From: an uncultured Gemmatimonadota bacterium
Lineage (GTDB): Bacteria > Gemmatimonadota > Gemmatimonadetes > Palauibacterales > Palauibacteraceae
Direction of reading: 5' to 3'
DNA length: 64,000 nt
Assembly (NCBI GenBank): GCA_964602635.1
Contig: CAZRRU010000091.1
Span: 54-64,053, forward strand
The notes below the pieces were generated by a model. It had not been told where the DNA came from and ran no database searches. It saw only the letters and a list, made by a program, of their open reading frames with translations. Of the stretch, positions 8,774 to 15,285 are shown in pieces (position 1 is the first letter of the stretch; every line of letters begins with the position of its first letter). Both the position numbers and the translations under genes were made by a program.

Positions 8774-10668
8774 GCCGCGCCCCCTTTCGAAACGTTGGTC
8801 CGGATCACGTCGTAGATGGCCCCCGGCTGCAGGGGTTCACCCAGCACGCGCGTCCAGCAGTCCACGTCCACCAGCGTCTGCGCCCGGAGCATCCAGGCCA
8901 GCTGTCCGCGACGCCGATTCTCGTCCGTGATGTATGGCATGTCTGGATCGTCGCTATAGTTGATCTCGATTGTCATGACTTTCTTGAACCGTCCGAATAT
9001 CGCCTTCAGTCCCGGCTCCAGCGGCGACAGGAACCGCAGGTGGAGCGACGAGACCGAGAGCCCTTCCTTGCGTGCCCGGTCCACGGCTTCCTCGATCGCT
9101 CCCTTGGTGCTGCCCCATCCCACGATCAAGAGGTCGCCCGATTCCGGACCGTACACCACGGGAGGTTTCAGCGTACTGTGCAGCACGGCCATCTTGCGGC
9201 TCCGCATGTCGGAGCTCTTCTGGTTGATGGCCGATGCGTAGGCCACCCTGCTGTTCTCATCGTGCGCGAGACCGGTGAGTGTGTGCATGCCTCCGGGGGT
9301 GCCGGGAATGAAGCGGCGGGACAGTCCCGTCTCCTCGTCCCAATCGTAGGGGGCCTTGCCCTCCGGTACCGGCGACATGTCGGGGGCGGATCCCTGCCAT
9401 GCCGGATCGAGCACGGGGCGAGGAAACGGCTGCACGCCGGTTGCCAGGTTGGCGTCCGTCAGCACCATCACCAGGGTGCGGAAGGTCTCCGCGATCCGCC
9501 GCGCCGTGATCATGGCATGAAAGCACTCCTCGATGGTCGCAGGAGCCATCACTACGTGCGGCGCGTCGCCCGGCTGACCGAACACGGCGGCCAGGAGGTC
9601 CGACTGCTCCACCTTGGTGGGAAGACCGGTGCTCGGGCCGCCACGCTGGACGTTCACCAATACCAGGGGAATCTCCGTCATCACGGACAGGCCGAGGAAC
9701 TCGGTCTTCAGGGCGAGCCCCGGGCCGGAGGTGATGGTGAACGCCACCTTGCCGGAGTAGGAAGCCCCTATCGCGACGCCCACCGCAGCAATCTCGTCCT
9801 CTGCCTGGTGAACGACGCCACCGAACTTGTAGAACATCTCGCCGAGCTGGTGTGACACCGAAGTGGCCGGCGTGATCGGGTACATCGCGGCCAGGTCCAT
9901 TCCGGCGGCCACGGCGCCATATGCGATCGCCTGGTTGCCGTTCATCACCAGGGTGTTCTCGGGCGACAGTCCCGGCGGCACGTCGATCCGGACATCCAGG
10001 TGCGCGTCCGCCCACGAGTACCCGAGCTCCAGGAGCTCGTGGTTCCGCTCCGTGATCTCCGGTGCCTTCTTACGGAAAGCGTGGGCGATTTCGTCGCGTG
10101 CAATATCCATTTCCCGGTCGAACATCCAGCACAGGATGCCGAGCGCGAACATGTTCTTGCCCTTGCGGGGGTTGTCCACGATGGTGAGGCACTCCTCTTC
10201 CATCGGGACTTCAATGATCCGGTAGCTCGCGGCTCCGAGCTCCTGCATGGCTGCGGTCCACTCGGCCCGGATGTCCTCGTCCTTGTGCGTGGCCCACATG
10301 TTCTCGACGAGGAGGATCGCGTCGTCCTCGATCGCGTCGAGCCGGTGCCGGGCGAGCAGGACCTGCTCGTTGAAGGCGATGGCGACGTTCGTGCGATCGC
10401 CCCAGTTGGTCACCACGTCCTCGCCGATGCGGATCCGGTTGCCGCTGGCGCCCGCCGGGCTCCGGGGAGGCGGCTGAATCTCCGCCGGGATGATCTCCAC
10501 GGTCCACACGCCGTTGCCCATCTTGGCGCTCACGGCGCCGAAGGTCTGCCCGCATTTCTGCGCGCCCTCGCCGGAATCGGAGACCACCTCCACCGTGCAC
10601 TGCGGGGACCGGATCGCCTTGACCCGGTTCGCCTTCACGCGCGTCTTAACCGCTGTATCGTCACTCAC
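8770..10668 (-). CDS. korA: 2-oxoacid:ferredoxin oxidoreductase alpha subunit (fused gamma+alpha domains, KorA type)
   Basis: 632 aa with a GTG start. The N-terminus has a gamma-type domain (SGEGAQKCGQTFG). It is followed by an alpha domain (MNGNQAIAYGAVAAGMDLAAMYPITPATS...GGPSTGLPTK). The 2-oxoacid specificity cannot be read from the sequence. Confidence 0.9.
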   Translation of the reverse strand: MSDDTAVKTRVKANRVKAIRSPQCTVEVVSDSGEGAQKCGQTFGAVSAKMGNGVWTVEIIPAEIQPPPRSPAGASGNRIRIGEDVVTNWGDRTNVAIAFNEQVLLARHRLDAIEDDAILLVENMWATHKDEDIRAEWTAAMQELGAASYRIIEVPMEEECLTIVDNPRKGKNMFALGILCWMFDREMDIARDEIAHAFRKKAPEITERNHELLELGYSWADAHLDVRIDVPPGLSPENTLVMNGNQAIAYGAVAAGMDLAAMYPITPATSVSHQLGEMFYKFGGVVHQAEDEIAAVGVAIGASYSGKVAFTITSGPGLALKTEFLGLSVMTEIPLVLVNVQRGGPSTGLPTKVEQSDLLAAVFGQPGDAPHVVMAPATIEECFHAMITARRIAETFRTLVMVLTDANLATGVQPFPRPVLDPAWQGSAPDMSPVPEGKAPYDWDEETGLSRRFIPGTPGGMHTLTGLAHDENSRVAYASAINQKSSDMRSRKMAVLHSTLKPPVVYGPESGDLLIVGWGSTKGAIEEAVDRARKEGLSVSSLHLRFLSPLEPGLKAIFGRFKKVMTIEINYSDDPDMPYITDENRRRGQLAWMLRAQTLVDVDCWTRVLGEPLQPGAIYDVIRTNVSKGGAA

Positions 10669-10969
10669 GAGAACTCTCGTCGTCGTTCAAGTTGTGCTCA
10701 CCTCTCCGTTCGTCGGCCACCGACCTGCGTACCGCGTCGGCTCCAGGTCCGAGCCGCACGAAACCGCATCCGGTGGTGCATCATCCATGCCTGCGGACGG
10801 CACCCCCGAGACACGCCATACATGGCGGAGAACCGGGCCGCCACTTCCCTGCATGACCCACCCGAGGAACGGCGGCGTGGGACATCCTGTCACAAGGTCC
10901 CGGCATGGGACGTTGTGACGCAACACGGTTCGAAAGTACGTAAAGTACGCCGTTCCCGACCGATGACCC

Positions 10970-11515
10970 TCAGCTCGCGGCGCTCCCCGTCTCCGGCTCC
11001 ACGACACCAATGTAGGGAAGAGCGCGGTAATGGTCACCGTAGTCGAGACCGTACCCCACGACCCACTCGTCGGGAATGTCGAAGCCGACGTAGTCGACCG
11101 GCACCGGAACCTCCTGTCCCGGCTTGCGGACGAGGACGCAGCTCTTGAGCGAAGCCGGGTGGCGCGCCTGGAACGTCTCGAGGAGATAGGCAAGAGTGCG
11201 GCCAGAATCGAGGATGTCCTCGACGATGAGCACGTGCCGGCCCGTCACGTTGATCCGTGAGTCCATGATCAACCGCACCCCGCCCGCGTAATCGGAGCCG
11301 TTCTCGTAACTCGAAAGCGCGATGAAGTCGATGCGTCGGGGGATCGTGAGCTGGCGGACCAGGTCGGCGAGAAAGATGAAGGCCCCGCGAAGGACGCCGA
11401 GGAGGAGTATTTCGTCCACCCCGGCGTAGTCCCGCTCTATCGTCGCTGCAAGCTCGCCGACCCGGCGGCGAATGTCGTCCTCGGAGACGAGGACTCGTGG
11501 CTGTGCGGCTTCCAT
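10970..11515 (-). CDS. hpt: Hypoxanthine-guanine phosphoribosyltransferase
   Basis: 181 aa with a PRPP-binding loop VLIVEDILDSGRTL and DYVGFDIPDEWVVGYGLDY, typical of Hpt. Confidence 0.9.
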   Translation of the reverse strand: MEAAQPRVLVSEDDIRRRVGELAATIERDYAGVDEILLLGVLRGAFIFLADLVRQLTIPRRIDFIALSSYENGSDYAGGVRLIMDSRINVTGRHVLIVEDILDSGRTLAYLLETFQARHPASLKSCVLVRKPGQEVPVPVDYVGFDIPDEWVVGYGLDYGDHYRALPYIGVVEPETGSAAS

Positions 11516-11563
11516 GGCGCTCCCCGGCCTCGCGCGGCTTCGCAGGGGCCGGGTAACCCGGCC

Positions 11564-12241
11564 TCAGTAGAAAGCGTAGCCGACGCCGATCGACACGAAC
11601 AGGTCGTTCTGAGTCTTGCTGTCGGCGAACGGCTCGGTGTCAAACTTTGAAATATAGTCCCGCAGGTCCAGCCGCACGAACCACCCCTTGCTGAGCTCGA
11701 CCTGTGCTCCACCCACGAGCGAAATCGCGAAGCGAGTCTCGTCCTGGACGGAGAACTCATCATCCGTGGGGTACATGACCTTCACGACTCCCGGTCCCGC
11801 GCCGAAGTACGGACGGACGATGGTGGCGCTTCCCTTGAGCTGGGGACGCCACAGCACGTTGGCCGCTGCCGTCCACACATCAGTAGCCCCGAGGTTAATG
11901 GAGGTGGGGAAAGACCCTTCACCCTCGACCACCTGGATGGTCAGGTTCGGATTGGCGTAGCTGCCGTTCAGGGCGACGCCGAAGTTGCCGAACCAGTAGT
12001 CCACTTCAAGACCGAACGCGACCTTGGTCGAGAACTCGGCCGACAGCGTGTCTCCCGAGTCCGCCAGCTTGGCCATCGGCAACATGGCGCCGATATAGCC
12101 CGTGAGCTCGAAGCGAGAGGGAGACCGCTCTTGGTCCGCCGATTGGGCCATCAACGCCCCTGGAACCACGATTGCGAGAAGTGCGGCCGTGACTGCCGAA
12201 GTCCTGATCCGCGCCGGCCATCCCATCGTCCGGTTGGACAT
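11564..12241 (-). CDS. Outer-membrane beta-barrel protein (small porin/OmpW-like family), secreted
   Basis: This is the C-terminal part of track ORF 11564..12376. I start it at the second ATG of AGGAGATGGAAATG (12241). The signal peptide is MSNRTMGWPARIRTSAVTAALLAIVVPGALMAQ. The body has alternating beta-strand patterning and a terminal aromatic residue (...SIGVGYAFY). Confidence 0.75.
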   Translation of the reverse strand: MSNRTMGWPARIRTSAVTAALLAIVVPGALMAQSADQERSPSRFELTGYIGAMLPMAKLADSGDTLSAEFSTKVAFGLEVDYWFGNFGVALNGSYANPNLTIQVVEGEGSFPTSINLGATDVWTAAANVLWRPQLKGSATIVRPYFGAGPGVVKVMYPTDDEFSVQDETRFAISLVGGAQVELSKGWFVRLDLRDYISKFDTEPFADSKTQNDLFVSIGVGYAFY

Positions 12242-12360
12242 TTCCATCTCCTGGTATCCTGACGTTTCTATGGGGGTCGAGTCGCTGCGCTCTTCGCCCG
12301 ACCCTGCATGGTTCGACGAGTCGCGCCGTGCCGAGGTTTCAGTCCCCTCCGCGCCAGCGC

Positions 12361-13527
12361 TCAATCTTCTACCCACTCCATCTTCCAGAATCCGATGCCT
12401 CCCGCCTGCCGGCCGACGTTCACGGACGCCGCGCGCGATCCGTCCTTCAGGTCGATCACGTCCACGGTGCCCGGGTCGTTACCGATGCCCTCGACGCTGA
12501 CGAAGGCGTACCGGGAGTCCGGACTCACCGCGACACCATGCGGTATGCGCCTCGAGCTCGAAACGGCCGTTCGCTCGGATCCGTCGCCGAGATCGAACAC
12601 CCCCACCGAATGGTCGCCCTTGTAAGTCACCACCAGGGTGGCGCCGTCCGGCGTGACGTCGAGGTTGTACGGGCCCGCTCCAGTGCCAAACCGGCGGGTC
12701 ACCCGCCAGCCTTCGAGGTCCACTTCTACGACCTCCCGATTCTTGTTGCAGGCGATCCAGGCCCGGCTTCCGTCCGGCGACGGCTGCACCCAGGTCGGGC
12801 CGCAGCGCGCCTCTCCGTCCGTTCCCGGTTGCCGGCCCGTGACATCCGCCGATACCTGAGCCGCGGGCGGAAGATCGCGCTCACCGCCCGGCGCGAGGTA
12901 CAGGCGGCGGCTCACCTCGAGTGCCCGCACGTCGATCTCCACCAGCTGGTCGTCCATCATGCAGACCGAGTAGTGCCGTTTCCCGTCGGCCGAAAACCTC
13001 GACCCGTGCGGCATCGCGCACGTAGCGACTTCCCGGATCTCGGTCATCGTCTCCGTCTCCACGACCGATACGGAGCTTGGGACCGGATCGCCGTGCAGGT
13101 TGAAGTTGACTACGAACAGCAGTCCTCCCGGGGTCACCGCCATGGTGGCCGGGAAGAGCCCGACCTCCGCTGCTCCCATCTGCCGGTCGGACCCGGTCGC
13201 GAACTTCTGAACCTGCCCGTACGGCAACCCGTGCGCGATCGACACGTACCAGTTGGACCCGTCCGGCGCGACCGCGATTCCGTGCGGGCCGTCGATGTCG
13301 ATCGGGTTGAGAGAAGCCTCGATCGTCCGGACGATCTCCGCACCGCGCGGGCCAAAACGGACCAGCGCCACCTGGTCCTGCGATTCGGCGGCCACGTAAA
13401 CGTAGTAGTCGGCGCGGGGCGGCTCCTGCGCGCCCAGTTGCCCTGCGAACGGAGCCGCCACGGCCGCCGCGACGAACAACGCTCTCCATGCGGACCGGAT
13501 CATCAAGACGGCAGGCTCTCCCTTCAT
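12361..13527 (-). CDS. Secreted YVTN-type beta-propeller repeat protein
   Basis: This is the C-terminal part of track ORF 12361..13944. The start is ATG at 13527 (MKGEPAVL) or 13503 (MIRSAWRALFVAAAVAAPFAGQLGAQ, a signal peptide). Repeated PHGIAVAPDG / PHGSRFSADG / PYNLDVTPDG / PHGVAVSPD blades are visible. The upstream part of the track ORF runs across rnpB and is rejected. Confidence 0.8.
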   Translation of the reverse strand: MKGEPAVLMIRSAWRALFVAAAVAAPFAGQLGAQEPPRADYYVYVAAESQDQVALVRFGPRGAEIVRTIEASLNPIDIDGPHGIAVAPDGSNWYVSIAHGLPYGQVQKFATGSDRQMGAAEVGLFPATMAVTPGGLLFVVNFNLHGDPVPSSVSVVETETMTEIREVATCAMPHGSRFSADGKRHYSVCMMDDQLVEIDVRALEVSRRLYLAPGGERDLPPAAQVSADVTGRQPGTDGEARCGPTWVQPSPDGSRAWIACNKNREVVEVDLEGWRVTRRFGTGAGPYNLDVTPDGATLVVTYKGDHSVGVFDLGDGSERTAVSSSRRIPHGVAVSPDSRYAFVSVEGIGNDPGTVDVIDLKDGSRAASVNVGRQAGGIGFWKMEWVED

Positions 13528-13678
13528 GGCGAACGCCGGGTCATTCGCGGCACCCTCATCAAAGAACACGCTCCGTCCCCCGCGTGTTAGGGTTCCCTTT
13601 GGCACGGGGAGCGGGGGGCACAGTCTAGTCTGGAAACGGGCTGTCTCGCCACCGGGCAAACAAAGGACCGCGGGAAAG

Positions 13679-13686
13679 TGTATACT
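13679..13686 (+). promoter_or_regulatory. Putative extended -10 promoter element (TGTATACT) for rnpB
   Basis: TGTATACT ends 5 nt before the first base that can pair in the RNase P P1 helix (13692). I see no convincing -35 element. Confidence 0.45.
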
Positions 13687-13691
13687 GGTGC

Positions 13692-14086
13692 CGGAGCCAC
13701 GGAGGGGGATGAGGTCGCGGGCCGGTCTCCGGACTCGGCTCGAGGAAAGTCCGGGCTCCGCAGGGCACGGTGCCGGGTAACGCCCGGGCGTCGCGAGGCG
13801 ACGGAAAGTGTCACAGAGAACAGACCGCCGATGGCGGACGGCTTCGGCCGGCCGCACAGGCAAGGGTGAAACGGTGGGGTAAGAGCCCACCGCGCGTGCC
13901 GGCAACGGCCGCGGCACGACAAACCCCACCGGGAGCAAGGCCAAGCAGGAGCGAGCGGCGGCCCGCCGCGCTCGAGCTCCGGGTAGGCCGCACGAGGCGC
14001 CGGGTGACCGGCGTCCCAGAGAGATGACCTCAGCGGGTCTAGCGGCCCGTAACAGAACCCGGCTTACCCCCCTCCGTGGATCTCCG
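13692..14086 (+). ncRNA. rnpB: RNase P RNA, bacterial type A
   Basis: The universally conserved GAGGAAAGTCCGGGCTCC (P4 5' strand) lies at about 13741-13758, and ACAGAACCCGGCTTAC (P4 3' strand) at about 14051-14066. Terminal P1 pairing is CGGAG..CCACGGAGGGGG (13692-13708) with CCCCCTCCGTGG..CTCCG (14068-14086). Internal GGGTAACGCCCGGG and GGTGAAACGGTGGGGTAAGAGCCCACC blocks are typical of type A. Confidence 0.92.
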
Positions 14087-14100
14087 ATCCTGATCGACTC

Positions 14101-14493
14101 TCAGGAGGCCAGGCCGAGCTCCGCGCGGAGACGTTCGGTGATACGCTGCTGATGCCGATCGATGTCGTCGCGGCCCTCGACTTCGAGCTCGTACAGGCGC
14201 ATCGCCTCCTCGATGAGCCGGAGAAGTGCGGAGAAGCGCTCCGTCTCCCTCTGGATCTCGTCGAGTCGGGACCGCACGACGTCCACGGCCGTGGACATCT
14301 CGCCGAGGGATGGGTGCGTCACGTCGCCGGCCCAGCGACTGACGGCTGGCTGCGAGACCCCGACGGCCCCGGCGAGGTCTGTGTACGAGATCGGGAGGTT
14401 GTGTAGAAACTTCTGAAAGGCCTCGTAAACGAGCGAGTTCTCTCCATGCAGCCCGGTGGCCGCATACCAGGTCGGTACTCGTGCCTCGCCCAT
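14101..14493 (-). CDS. Small helix-turn-helix (Cro/XRE-like) DNA-binding protein with a C-terminal coiled-coil region
   Basis: 130 aa. The HTH candidate is ISYTDLAGAVGVSQPAVSRWAGD. The C-terminus is helical and charged (LDEIQRETERFSALLRLIEEAMRLYELE). GAGGA lies 7 nt upstream of the ATG at 14493. The gene is convergent with rnpB and divergent from the ECF sigma gene. Confidence 0.7.
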   Translation of the reverse strand: MGEARVPTWYAATGLHGENSLVYEAFQKFLHNLPISYTDLAGAVGVSQPAVSRWAGDVTHPSLGEMSTAVDVVRSRLDEIQRETERFSALLRLIEEAMRLYELEVEGRDDIDRHQQRITERLRAELGLAS

Positions 14494-14534
14494 TCTCGCA
14501 TCCTCGGTCCGCGCAGAGTCGATACAACCCTCTA

Positions 14535-14546
14535 CATAATATTATG
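14535..14546. promoter_or_regulatory. Perfect 12-bp palindrome CATAATATTATG in the HTH / ECF-sigma divergent intergenic region (candidate operator)
   Basis: Read directly from the sequence. It is an AT-rich island in GC-rich DNA, 42 nt upstream of the HTH gene start. A related GTAATATTC lies at 14644-14652. Confidence 0.4.
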
Positions 14547-14709
14547 CCTCTCAACCCCGAATAATTACAGTGTGCTTCCCCGGGGGACAGCCGTCACGCC
14601 ACCAGGATCCGGCTGTCAACAGAGCGAAATCGGGCGCCCGCATGTAATATTCAAGGGCCGACCGGCAAATACTAAGGTAGGGTCGGTTGAGATCTGGTTG
14701 AGCCCCCCG

Positions 14710-15285
14710 ATGCAGCATCGGGTCGATCACCGACGAGTTAGCGTGAGCGAGAAAAAGCCGAATCCGGACCTGCTGTCGCGCCTGGGGCGTGGCGACACCG
14801 AAGCCTTGCGGCAGATCTACCTGTGGTACGCGGATGACGTGTACCGGATCGCCCTTCGGCTCACCGGTTCGTCCGCCGACGCGTATGACGTGACACATGA
14901 CCTGTTCCTCGGATTGCCGGAGGCGATGCAGCGCTATGATCCGGAGCGTTCCTTTCCGTCGTGGCTTCGCGGGGTGGCCGTGCGAACGGCGCAGATGAGC
15001 CTTCGGACCACCAGACGGCGCCGCGAAGTGCCGCTGCCTGAGCTACGGGAGCTGACGGTGAGGCCGCGGCAGGAGGCGGTCGTGGATCGGGTCACGCTGG
15101 AGAAGGCGCTCGACGAGCTTACCCCCGAGCTCAGATCGGTCGTGGTTCTCCGGGAGCTGGAAGGGTTGAAGTACCAGGAGATCGCGGACCTTCTCGGGAT
15201 CACGAAGAGTGCGGCCGCCGTCCGCATCCACCGGGCCCGGAAGAAGCTGAGCCACATATTACGAGGCAGCGCATGGTCTGGCTGA
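14710..15285 (+). CDS. ECF-type RNA polymerase sigma-70 family factor
   Basis: This is the C-terminal part of track ORF 14446..15285. The start is ATG 14710 or GTG 14743. Region 2 is ALRQIYLWYADDVYRIALRLTGSSADAYDVTHDLFL. Region 4 HTH is LKYQEIADLLGITKSAAAVRIHRARKKL. Confidence 0.9.
   Translation: MQHRVDHRRVSVSEKKPNPDLLSRLGRGDTEALRQIYLWYADDVYRIALRLTGSSADAYDVTHDLFLGLPEAMQRYDPERSFPSWLRGVAVRTAQMSLRTTRRRREVPLPELRELTVRPRQEAVVDRVTLEKALDELTPELRSVVVLRELEGLKYQEIADLLGITKSAAAVRIHRARKKLSHILRGSAWSG

Noticed and set aside
13528-13944. N-terminal extension of track ORF 12361..13944, plus ORFs 13587..13922, 13770..14027 and 13811..13993
   Set aside because: They run across the RNase P RNA gene and its promoter. 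The propeller protein has a proper signal peptide starting at 13527 or 13503.
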